In this document: positions 9,286 to 18,296 of the stretch, piece by piece | Layout of the letters: each line of letters begins with the position of its first letter | How positions within the stretch are numbered: position 1 is the first letter of the stretch | DNA from: a virus | Taxonomy: Duplodnaviria; Caudoviricetes | Direction: 5' to 3' (one strand) | Length of the DNA: 64,000 bases | Virus record (IMG/VR): IMGVR_UViG_3300001687_001195 | Coordinates: 16,108-80,107 of that record | The notes under the pieces: model-generated | The model's database searches: none | What the model saw: only the letters and a program-made list of their open reading frames with translations | What the model was told of the DNA's origin: nothing | Made by a program: the position numbers and the translations under genes

Positions 9286-10419
9286 ATGACGCTCGATCCT
9301 CTGTCTGGTCGCTCGACATACGCATTGATTGAATTGGAGACCGAGTACGGTCAGCGACCATCTCCATTCCCCGGTACTACACACCAATACGTTCATTTTA
9401 CGAGTGAAGATTTCGATAAGCGAATGGATAATCTTGTTTCTCCGAGGTTATCATCTGAACGAGTACCATGGACGCGAGTATACAGAACGAATCAATATGT
9501 TGAAGGAACGTTGATTTTTGAATTGGGGTATAAGGGTGCTGAATTACTTCTACAAGCCGCGTGGGGAGAACGCAAGACTACGAACTTTGCGAGAAACCAA
9601 GCTCCTGAAGTTTACAATCATCTTTTTTTGACGGCTGCTGATTTGCCTTCTTTCACGATGGAGGTTGGGTTTGGCAAAAGAGCATTGCAATTGTATGGTT
9701 GCGTGATTAACACGATTACCTTAACAGCATTGTCGATGGGATTCGTGGTTTGCAAATTAACGGTTGTGGCGCAACGTGCGGAATTGTTTAGAGTACCAAG
9801 TGCTGAAGTGCCGGTACGCACTCCTGTAATACACGATCAAATGATTACGGGTACACATCATGGCGGGATGATTCTGATTTGGTACTCTGAATCGCCTGGT
9901 ACGGAAACATACATTCCTTCGCTATCTTCCTTTGAAGCTACACTAGATAATAAACTTCGTATTGCTTATCCGCTTGGTAGCGATTTGATGAAGAAGCCTG
10001 CGCGCGGAGACTATCGGCAAGTCTCTGGACGATTTGTTGGGGAGTTCAATGACCCGGCATTCGATGCATTTCGTCATTATTCATCTGCACAGAAATGTGT
10101 GTGGATACAGTATGCGACGAATGGCGTGAATGTACCTATCCCAACTGGCCCTGGATCTAATCCAAATGGAAATGTTCCTGGCTATGATTTCACGATTGAA
10201 TATAGAGGCAATAAATTAGATCTTCGTTCGGCTACTCCGAAGATCATGGATACGGGTGTAGTCATTTTGGATGTTCCGTTTGAAGGGTACTATGATGTAA
10301 GCGGAACGCAAAGCCCGCCGAACCCTCCGGAATTGTTGTGGAATGATGAACCATTCATTTTTAGGACGCAGAATGATTTGAATGGTCTTCTGTTGTCCGC
10401 TTTGCAGAGAAGTACTTAG
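9286..10419 (+). CDS. Tail tube protein, paralogue 2
   Basis: GRSTYALIELETEYG, EGTLIFELGYKGAELLLQAAWG, DNKLRIAYPLGSDLMKKPAR, ATPKIMDTGVVILDVPFEG. Confidence 0.75.
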   Translation: MTLDPLSGRSTYALIELETEYGQRPSPFPGTTHQYVHFTSEDFDKRMDNLVSPRLSSERVPWTRVYRTNQYVEGTLIFELGYKGAELLLQAAWGERKTTNFARNQAPEVYNHLFLTAADLPSFTMEVGFGKRALQLYGCVINTITLTALSMGFVVCKLTVVAQRAELFRVPSAEVPVRTPVIHDQMITGTHHGGMILIWYSESPGTETYIPSLSSFEATLDNKLRIAYPLGSDLMKKPARGDYRQVSGRFVGEFNDPAFDAFRHYSSAQKCVWIQYATNGVNVPIPTGPGSNPNGNVPGYDFTIEYRGNKLDLRSATPKIMDTGVVILDVPFEGYYDVSGTQSPPNPPELLWNDEPFIFRTQNDLNGLLLSALQRST

Positions 10420-10429
10420 GAGTGATGTC

Positions 10430-11020
10430 ATGGAGCGTAAACCATCCCCAAAGCCCGAAGGAATTGAATCGGATGCACAAGCATCCATGATGCAGCAGTT
10501 GCGGGAAGTTGATCCGGAGATCGCAAAGAAGGGAATGCCGCTTAAGCCAGTTGCCGAGGCGGCAAGGCCACCGGAAAAACCTGTGGAACAGAAATCAGAA
10601 TTGGCGGTTTTAACAGGGCGATGCGTTTGGGATACCGAAACAGAAATGTGGACGGATCGCTTTGGCAAGAAACATGGAATCCATGTCTTAGACTTTGGGG
10701 ATCTTGGTGAGTTTGAGCGGCGCCATGGTGAGTTGAATAAAGCATTTGAAGACAAAGACAATCAGTTGAATCTGATGCTTACCCTAACTTGGCTGGCCAT
10801 TCGTAAGGAAGGATGTTCGGATGATGATTTGGATCATGAACGATTCAAATACACACGTCCGGCTGTTGGCCGCATGTTTGGGATTAATGATGGAGCCGTT
10901 CTGGTACGTGTTGCCATGAATGTTCTCAAGGCAAGTGGGATGGACATCGATGTAGATGACCTGGGAAACCAACTGGAGGCGGGCGAAGAGGAAGAGCAAG
11001 CGCCCGCCGAGGACTCCTGA
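10430..11020 (+). CDS. Tail assembly chaperone (G-like, short form)
   Basis: AGGAG upstream of ATG 10430. 196 aa, acidic, ends ..DDLGNQLEAGEEEEQAPAEDS. Contains the slippery site. Confidence 0.75.
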   Translation: MERKPSPKPEGIESDAQASMMQQLREVDPEIAKKGMPLKPVAEAARPPEKPVEQKSELAVLTGRCVWDTETEMWTDRFGKKHGIHVLDFGDLGEFERRHGELNKAFEDKDNQLNLMLTLTWLAIRKEGCSDDDLDHERFKYTRPAVGRMFGINDGAVLVRVAMNVLKASGMDIDVDDLGNQLEAGEEEEQAPAEDS

Positions 11021-11160
11021 TCAAAGGAATGTGGGCGAGCATCTTTTTGCTGATGAAAGAAAAAGGGTTTTCCATGCGCGAAATCCGTCGTATGACGCTG
11101 CCTCAGCTTCAGTGGTGGATGAAAGCGATGGACATTGCGCGCGAGGCATCCAAGCGATAA
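10963..11160 (+). other. Programmed -1 frameshift (G GGA AAC) and GT-like extension of the chaperone
   Basis: Heptamer GGGAAAC at 10963-10969 is in register with the chaperone frame. The -1 frame opens at 10960 and runs to TAA 11158-11160, giving PTGGGRRGRASARRGLLIKGMWASIFLLMKEKGFSMREIRRMTLPQLQWWMKAMDIAREASKR. Not shown in the ORF track. Confidence 0.8.
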
Positions 11161-11172
11161 TGGGAGGGTTCG

Positions 11173-12276
11173 ATGGGGCTCGGCACGCCAACTACAGTGA
11201 CGCCGCGCCAAGGCCGCGATCTTTATGTAATTATCAAAAGGGAAGAAGAGTATGGGGTAGTTCCCGATGATTTTTACATAGATGCGGTGTACTTGGATGC
11301 ATCTGGAGAAACGATTCAACTTGCCCGCGAAAATCTGTACTCATCAGGAGTTCGCGGGCATGGTCATAAATACAATAGGGTCGTAAGCGGAGCAGCAGGT
11401 ATTTCAGTTGGCGGGGACTTTCTATCTGACATACAGTACAAAGGTCTTGAAACACTTTTGTACGGTGCGCTCGGTGGATGGGCCTACGCACAGCCTGATC
11501 CAACCAATTCTCCTACCGTGTATAGTCATGCCTTTTACCCGGTAGATGATTTACCATCGTTCACAATTGAGATTGGTAAGGGGAAACAAGTAGGCGCCGG
11601 ATTCCGCTATACAGGGATTATGGTCAATTCATTGACTCTTGGTGTCTCTGCAGATGGATTTTTGACAGGAACGTTCGGTCTGATCGGAAAAGATGTCGAA
11701 GCGATTAACCCTACTACGGGGTATGCGATCACGTATGAACAACTTGTAAATTCTACTCATTTGGTGACGATACGATTCATTGATATTACTCAAATTGTGA
11801 AAGACATCAGTGCAATTGTTGGGTACGCGGTGTCGATTGACAATCAACTTTCAAACGATCGTCGTTTTTTGGGAAGTGCCAATATTCAGAAGCCACAGCG
11901 TACAGACAAACGCAAAGTCAATGGCCGTATTGTGATGGAAGTTGGAGATGAAATTGTAGATGCGTTTACATCTTTCTATTATGGCTACCGACATGACATC
12001 TTACTGAATTTTTTGGGTACTACTATTGATGGCATCTTTAACAAGAGTTTCAGCATTCGTACATTCCGTACTGAGTTTCGTGGTGGAACGCCTTCTGTGG
12101 TAAGTGCAGGGCGCCAACATGCTGATGTTCCGTTTGATTGCTTCTCCGATACGATTGAACCAATCCCTCCTAACTTTACCTTTGATGGGGAAATTCTTTT
12201 GGGCATGACGAATGATCAAGTGCCGCCTGCTTATGCAACGAGCATAGGTGATTTTGACGAAGACTTTGCTTTCTAA
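11173..12276 (+). CDS. Tail tube protein, paralogue 3
   Basis: GRDLYVIIKREEEYG, GGDFLSDIQYKGLETLLYGALG, DNQLSNDRRFLGSANIQKPQR, GTPSVVSAGRQHADVPFD. Confidence 0.75.
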   Translation: MGLGTPTTVTPRQGRDLYVIIKREEEYGVVPDDFYIDAVYLDASGETIQLARENLYSSGVRGHGHKYNRVVSGAAGISVGGDFLSDIQYKGLETLLYGALGGWAYAQPDPTNSPTVYSHAFYPVDDLPSFTIEIGKGKQVGAGFRYTGIMVNSLTLGVSADGFLTGTFGLIGKDVEAINPTTGYAITYEQLVNSTHLVTIRFIDITQIVKDISAIVGYAVSIDNQLSNDRRFLGSANIQKPQRTDKRKVNGRIVMEVGDEIVDAFTSFYYGYRHDILLNFLGTTIDGIFNKSFSIRTFRTEFRGGTPSVVSAGRQHADVPFDCFSDTIEPIPPNFTFDGEILLGMTNDQVPPAYATSIGDFDEDFAF

Positions 12277-12285
12277 GGTAAACAA

Positions 12286-15200
12286 ATGGCGCGTCGTACC
12301 GGGCAAATGAATGTTATCTTCAAAGGCGAAGATAAGCTTTCTGCCGTCGCGCAAAAGGTAACATTAGCGCTCGGAGAGGTTGCGCGTGCGGGGCAACTTT
12401 CTCGTGCTGCTTTAGGATCTCTTGGCATTGGCGTTGCTGCTGCATTTCCAGAACGGAGTGTACGTAGAGCCAGGCAATTTTCAACGGCTACTGGACAAGT
12501 CAGAAGTAAAGTTGGGGAAGCCAGCCGTGCCGTAGCGCGCATGAACAGTATCATGGGCGCTGCTGGACGCCGCGTAGGATTTGCTACGAAGGCGATGGCT
12601 GGCTTTTTTGCGGTGTTCACGGGTATTCGAGCATTACGGGCGACAACGACGCTGTTGGCTGAGTTTGATGACACGATGGCGCAGGTAGGAGCCATCTCTA
12701 GAGCAACTGCACGAGAGTTCGAGTACTTGACGAAGACTGCTCGTGCTCTTGGCGCCACGACAAAGTTTACTGCGAAAGAGTCTGCTGAAGGTCTTCTCTA
12801 TCTTGCGCGTACCGGGTTTAGTGTTCAGCAATCGATTGCTGCCGTTCGGGCGACATTGGACTTAGCTACGATCGGCTTCATGGATCTTGGAGAGGCAGCC
12901 GATTACGCATCTAATATCGTTCAGCAATTTGCTCTTCGAGCGGAAGATACACGGCGCGTTGTGGATGCAATGGTCGTCGTATCGAACAACGCCAACACCA
13001 ATATTCAGCAGCTAGCTCAGGCGTTGAAATTCGCTGGACCCCTTGCGGGCGCTCTTGGGCAAGAAGTAGAAGCTACGTCAGCCGCAATTGGCGTATTGGG
13101 AGATCGCGGTCTTCAAGCAACTCTTGCTGGACGTGGTTTGCGCGGAGTGATGGCTTCTTTGTTGAAGCCAACTGATGAAGCCCGCACTGTATTGACACAG
13201 ATGGGCATTGCGCTGGATAAGATCAATCCAGAAGCGCATAATCTTGTTTCCATCTTCAAGACATTGCGCGGCGCAAATCTTAGCGCTAGCCAGGCATTGC
13301 GTATATTCAATCGTGAATCGGTGAACCAGGCATTGATTCTGATTCGCAATGTCGAATCAATGGAGGATCTTATCGATCTTCAGAAAGAATTGGCGGGGGA
13401 ATCGAAACGCATCTCTGACGTGATGCAGAGTACGCTTGGCGGGCAATTCAAACAACTTCGTTCCGCAATGGAAGAATTTGGACAGTCGCTTGGAGAAGCA
13501 GGACTGACCAAATTCTTGAAAGACAGTACACAAGTTCTTACTGAAGCCATTCGTATTCTTGCGGGCTTTGAAGGCGCCGCACAAGAAGCTAGTGAAGGGG
13601 GTCTACGTCTTGCGCATGTGATTAAAGTTGTTACGGCGGGATTAGCAGCTTTTGTTGCTATGCATATTGGTGCATTTTTGATTAATCTCGGACGGATGTT
13701 GGTTGTTACAGGTATTTCATTTTTACGACTTGGTAACAATATTCGGTTGGCTACGGCAGCTTTGTTCCGGTACAACCGTATATCTACAGGAGCAGCCGTT
13801 GCGACAAGGATCCTTGCGCGAAGTGTGCGTGCATCAGGCATTTCTTTTACCAGCATTGCATCATTAGTAGCAACTGCGGTAATTGTTTTCGCATCGTTCA
13901 GTAGCAAAGCAAGTCTCGTTGACGAAGCGATGCGAAAGCTCCCGAACCGTTTTCATGAGTTTGCATTAGCTGCCGAAGAAGCAATCAAAATAAAAGTCCG
14001 CTTTGACAAGGCAATGGTGTCTGGGGATCAAGAGAAAGCGCTCCGTAGATTAACTGAACTTCAACATAATGCTAATGAGCGTGCGATAGAAATTGAAGCA
14101 CGTATCCGGAAACTTGGGGAAGCTAAAGTTCAAATTCCGATTGAAGAGATTGAACAAGTAATTCCTGTTATTCCCGAAATTCGGTTTTTTCCTCATCATC
14201 GTGCTGCTGCCATCAGAGAACTTGAACCAGTACTGCAAGAAATCGCTAAAAAGCTGCGGCTGGAAATTGAAATTGCTCCTGGCATCGTAGATACACGAGC
14301 ACTTCTGATGCTGATTCGTCAGTTTGATGATTTGAGGGAAGCGATTCGTGAAGCAGAAAAGAGAGGACAGGATTTTGATCTTACGTCGCTGATTACGAAG
14401 TTTGATAGAGTCACTTCGATAATTGGCGAATATATTGTGAATCTAAAGGATAAAACCCGCATAAAACTTATTGATCTTCTTGCTCCTCTACTGATGGAGA
14501 TATATGCTGCGCAAGTCGAGCTTGAAAAAGTAACGCGTTTATATGGAGCACGGGGAGTTCAAGTACCTGCTGAAGAAGCTGCAGCGTTACGCAGGCGCAT
14601 TCAGGATGCGACAAAGAAGGCAACAGAGGAATTACAAAAATTCGCTAAGAATGCAGATGCGCTATCAGGGAAAGCCGCAAAGAAATTTATTGATGATTTT
14701 AACAAAGCTGTAATTGGGAGATTTCGAGAGCTTGGAAAAGAAGCGCCGAAGGGCAAGCCACCTGTTTACGATCCGGTGGAGATGGACAAAGCGACAATCG
14801 CTTTGGAACGCTTGATAAAGGCTACACAATTTGAAACTCAGCTTATAGGAGAATCGGCATCTAAAAAACGGATTCTAACGGCTTTACGGGAAGCAGAAGC
14901 ACATGCTCTCAAGATTGAAGAGACAGAGCGTAAGAAGCTCATTGCGCGGTATCGAGAAGCGTTAGAGCTTCAAGAACGGGAACTTGCTAATTGGGAACGG
15001 CAAGAGGGCGAAAGAAAAGCATCTAAAACAATTGGAGACATCATTCAGCAATTGGATCGCCGCATCGCTTTGATGAAGGTAGATGCAAGTATTGCTGAGA
15101 CGATGCGGCAAGTTTGGGATGCAAATGATAAGGTAAATACGAAAAATATATTTACATTCTTGAAGTTCAACGCCGTCTTGATGGCTCGTCTTTTGATTTT

Positions 15201-17919
15201 GCGAGCTTTGGAGCGAAAGGAAGAAGAACGAAGAAAGAAGCAAGCAGAGGAAGAGCGTAGAGAGGAGCGACGTAAAGCTGGTGGGGAAGACATCAAGCGC
15301 CGTATTCGAGATCTTGAGTTCGAGGTTTCGTTAATAGGTAAGGGGACGATTGAACGTGTTCGCGCGATTGCACAGCAAGAGCTTCTCAATATCGCTATGG
15401 AGACCGGCGCTGAGGTTTCCCAGAGGATGCTCGATCATGTAGCTGCGCTTGCAGAGACTCTCGAACGGGCTGCGCAAGGGTCTCAGAATCTTGCTCAAGA
15501 TTTCAAGGAAGCGCTGGCGGAGGGCGGAGTCTCTCAGGCGACGAATGTTGTTTTCGACAACTTGAAGAGACAGATTCGCGGAACGGAAGAGGAAGTTACA
15601 GTTTTCAGCGCGGCGCTTGGGGATGCCTTTGAAGATGCTGCACGAGCGGGAATGGATGCCTTTACCGATGCTTTATTGGATCCTCTTGTAAAAGAGTTCC
15701 AGCGAGTTTTCGGTGACAATGGTGTTTTGACAAAGATTCTCAGTGCATTTTTCGATACATTCCTGCGGATGATGATGCAGGGGCTTGTTTCGCAACTTTT
15801 TGCTGGACTTGGGATCCCAGGACTCGGCGGAGCGAAACCTGGACCGTTTTCGGTTTCATTGGCGCCTAGCACAAATTATGACATTGTAGGCGGCGGCGGT
15901 GGCGGAACATCGCAATTTACGGGCGGCGGTGGAGATTTTGGCACAGCCGCGCCTGAAGGGGCTGCTCCGCTAGGCATTCCGGATAAGCAAGGAAAACAGC
16001 CTCCATTAACTCCCATCATTCCGTTTGTGTTGCCTCCTCCAACGGCGCCAAGACCCAAACCTGTTCCTATCCCGCGTAGAAAGCCTTTTCCGGCCCCTCC
16101 GCTACCGAAACCACCGGAAGGGGGCGCACCCCTTGGTGGTGGTGCTGCGGGGCCTCCTGTGCCTCCAAGGCCCCCTAGAAGGCCATTCGCACCCTCTCCC
16201 ATGGGAATCCTGCGACCGATTTTTGCTCGACTTTCGCAAGCATTCCCGAAGGCCCGGCGTGGGCAGCAGTTTCCGACATTCGGAGCATTTGCACAGGCGC
16301 TTCAGGCGGGCAAGGTGGTTTCTGCACCACGTCCGCTTGCTACAGGACTGCCGGGAGGGTTAGACCGCTACTTAGCGGCGCCAGAACCAGCGCCCGGAGG
16401 TGGAGGGGATTACGGATCAGCCGCCGCTCCTCCAATGCCAGAGGCCATAACGCCTTCGAGAACAAGGGGAGAAGGGGCTGCTCCTATTCCTGGGCGTTCG
16501 CCTTTCGGGATTCGTGGACAAGCACCAGGATTATCGAACATTGATTTTAGTTACTTAGGTGCGCAGATTGGGCAAGTTCTGCCACCGAAGGGAGCCCAAG
16601 TTGCGACATCGTTGGCGGGTTTGGGAGGAGCCGTTTCGAGTGGATTAGCGGGCATTCTTGGCCCATCGAGTGCGCTGGCTGGAGTACTTGGGCCTATCGG
16701 AGCAGCGTTAAGCTTGGCAACGATCGGAGCTACGCTAGGGATTGAGAGTTACACGCAAGGCAAGCAACTTGATGAGATTATCAAAAGCGGATCATTGAAA
16801 GATGTGGACAAAGCGTTTGGTCGAATGGAACGTCGTTCGATGTATACGCTTTGGAATCCTTTCCTTTGGTCTGCGGCGAATCTTCCAGGTCTATTTACTT
16901 CAAAAGCATTCAAACCAGGAGAGAAGATAAGTGCTGCTGGTCTTGGAATGTTGGCAGCAGCGCCGCTTTCTATCTTGGCTTTCGGCCCTTTGGGTATCAT
17001 TGCGGCGATTGCAGGTATCGGTCATATCTTCAGTAGAGCGCGTAAACGTGCAAGACGGAGGTTGAAACGAGAACTGCGGCGGTTGACAAATCTTTTGCGG
17101 GATCAAGTCAAGGCGGCATTACCAGACACGGTTACACCTGACTATCTTGCAAAGTTGGATCGCATTTTTACAGCGGATTACCTTTCGAGAGATGAGTTAA
17201 ATCGAATTGCTTCGGAAGGTTTGGATCCATATCGGGATCTTGAACTTAATATTCTACAGCGCAATCCAGCTTTCCAAGCGTATCGTCGTGCATCTGGGGC
17301 ACCATACTTAGCGCCTGGCGGTTCTGCTCCTCTTGGCATTCCTGCCATCAACCAGCCACCTATGGCTGAAGACTCGGTAACGCGTTTAGTGAATCCGGAT
17401 GGCTTGGAATCCGGTTTGAAAGCTATACAAAGATACCTTGTTCCTCTAATTGAAGATGTACGTGTATCGGAAGGTATTCGTGAGTCAATGGATTTGTCAG
17501 TGCCATTGGCTCAATTGATTCCACATAGATTCACTAAGCAAGCTCTTTCAAGGCATCCGGAAGTCTTTCCTGAAGTTGAAACGCATGAAGGCGCCAAAGA
17601 TTCCCCCTGGATGTTTCGTCCACTTACTGATGGGCTCTTGACTAAACTGACTAAGGCAATACGCCCAACTCAAACACTTGGGGACGTGACCTTTTCTCGT
17701 GGGGCAGAACAAGCACTTCTTTCTGCACGCGAAATCTATCTTGGTCAGATGCAACGATTGGGATCTAGAGGACAAACAGTCGTGCAAGTGGGAGCACCAC
17801 AACTGAGCGTAAATGCCAAGCTTTCTGGAGGTTATTCTGTAGAGATGTTGGCGCGCGATTTGAGCTTCCACACAGCCAAGAGTATTGGAGCGTCGTTGGG
17901 TACTCTTTCTAATGTGTAG
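12286..17919 (+). CDS. Tape measure protein (TP901-type core) with long Pro/Gly-rich C-terminal extension
   Basis: FDDTMAQVGAIS, ARALGATTKFTAKESAEGLLYLARTG, NTNIQQLAQALKFAGP, followed by helical repeats. 1877 aa. Confidence 0.92.
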   Translation: MARRTGQMNVIFKGEDKLSAVAQKVTLALGEVARAGQLSRAALGSLGIGVAAAFPERSVRRARQFSTATGQVRSKVGEASRAVARMNSIMGAAGRRVGFATKAMAGFFAVFTGIRALRATTTLLAEFDDTMAQVGAISRATAREFEYLTKTARALGATTKFTAKESAEGLLYLARTGFSVQQSIAAVRATLDLATIGFMDLGEAADYASNIVQQFALRAEDTRRVVDAMVVVSNNANTNIQQLAQALKFAGPLAGALGQEVEATSAAIGVLGDRGLQATLAGRGLRGVMASLLKPTDEARTVLTQMGIALDKINPEAHNLVSIFKTLRGANLSASQALRIFNRESVNQALILIRNVESMEDLIDLQKELAGESKRISDVMQSTLGGQFKQLRSAMEEFGQSLGEAGLTKFLKDSTQVLTEAIRILAGFEGAAQEASEGGLRLAHVIKVVTAGLAAFVAMHIGAFLINLGRMLVVTGISFLRLGNNIRLATAALFRYNRISTGAAVATRILARSVRASGISFTSIASLVATAVIVFASFSSKASLVDEAMRKLPNRFHEFALAAEEAIKIKVRFDKAMVSGDQEKALRRLTELQHNANERAIEIEARIRKLGEAKVQIPIEEIEQVIPVIPEIRFFPHHRAAAIRELEPVLQEIAKKLRLEIEIAPGIVDTRALLMLIRQFDDLREAIREAEKRGQDFDLTSLITKFDRVTSIIGEYIVNLKDKTRIKLIDLLAPLLMEIYAAQVELEKVTRLYGARGVQVPAEEAAALRRRIQDATKKATEELQKFAKNADALSGKAAKKFIDDFNKAVIGRFRELGKEAPKGKPPVYDPVEMDKATIALERLIKATQFETQLIGESASKKRILTALREAEAHALKIEETERKKLIARYREALELQERELANWERQEGERKASKTIGDIIQQLDRRIALMKVDASIAETMRQVWDANDKVNTKNIFTFLKFNAVLMARLLILRALERKEEERRKKQAEEERREERRKAGGEDIKRRIRDLEFEVSLIGKGTIERVRAIAQQELLNIAMETGAEVSQRMLDHVAALAETLERAAQGSQNLAQDFKEALAEGGVSQATNVVFDNLKRQIRGTEEEVTVFSAALGDAFEDAARAGMDAFTDALLDPLVKEFQRVFGDNGVLTKILSAFFDTFLRMMMQGLVSQLFAGLGIPGLGGAKPGPFSVSLAPSTNYDIVGGGGGGTSQFTGGGGDFGTAAPEGAAPLGIPDKQGKQPPLTPIIPFVLPPPTAPRPKPVPIPRRKPFPAPPLPKPPEGGAPLGGGAAGPPVPPRPPRRPFAPSPMGILRPIFARLSQAFPKARRGQQFPTFGAFAQALQAGKVVSAPRPLATGLPGGLDRYLAAPEPAPGGGGDYGSAAAPPMPEAITPSRTRGEGAAPIPGRSPFGIRGQAPGLSNIDFSYLGAQIGQVLPPKGAQVATSLAGLGGAVSSGLAGILGPSSALAGVLGPIGAALSLATIGATLGIESYTQGKQLDEIIKSGSLKDVDKAFGRMERRSMYTLWNPFLWSAANLPGLFTSKAFKPGEKISAAGLGMLAAAPLSILAFGPLGIIAAIAGIGHIFSRARKRARRRLKRELRRLTNLLRDQVKAALPDTVTPDYLAKLDRIFTADYLSRDELNRIASEGLDPYRDLELNILQRNPAFQAYRRASGAPYLAPGGSAPLGIPAINQPPMAEDSVTRLVNPDGLESGLKAIQRYLVPLIEDVRVSEGIRESMDLSVPLAQLIPHRFTKQALSRHPEVFPEVETHEGAKDSPWMFRPLTDGLLTKLTKAIRPTQTLGDVTFSRGAEQALLSAREIYLGQMQRLGSRGQTVVQVGAPQLSVNAKLSGGYSVEMLARDLSFHTAKSIGASLGTLSNV

Positions 17920-17927
17920 GAGCCATC

Positions 17928-18296
17928 ATGCCGAAATCCGATACCGTTCAAACCGTTGTAGACGGGGTTGCAGTTGCTTCTGGAGCCGGATACACGACTA
18001 CGGCTACGCTTGACATCAGTGCATCCTACGAGACCGTCTATCACATCAGTATCCAGAATGATACGACAAACGGCCCAACGACCGTTGGCGAAGTAATCAT
18101 CGAAACCAGTCCTGATCAAAATAACTGGTTTGAGTACGGAAGCCCCGTAAAAGGCATTACGACCGCGAACGATGGCCGAGAAACTTCTGTGATCGTGCCT
18201 ATGGGGCATAAGTACTCGCGTATTAAGTACGGCGGTAACTCTGGTGGCGGGGATGTTACATATACGGTGATCGAGACTAAAGTGATTTCGATCTAA
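17928..18296 (+). CDS. Small beta-rich virion protein
   Basis: AGGAG RBS. Thr/Val/Gly-rich with IETSPDQNNWF. Located in the tail module. Confidence 0.55.
   Translation: MPKSDTVQTVVDGVAVASGAGYTTTATLDISASYETVYHISIQNDTTNGPTTVGEVIIETSPDQNNWFEYGSPVKGITTANDGRETSVIVPMGHKYSRIKYGGNSGGGDVTYTVIETKVISI

Noticed and set aside
10956-11270. 104-aa plus-strand ORF overlapping the chaperone end
   Set aside because: Wrong frame. The GT-like sequence is in the -1 frame (10960-11160), and this ORF overlaps tube 3.
8192-12276. Contractile tail sheath interpretation of the extra tube-like genes
   Set aside because: All three share the same tube motifs, are ~360 aa, and no baseplate wedge genes are present.
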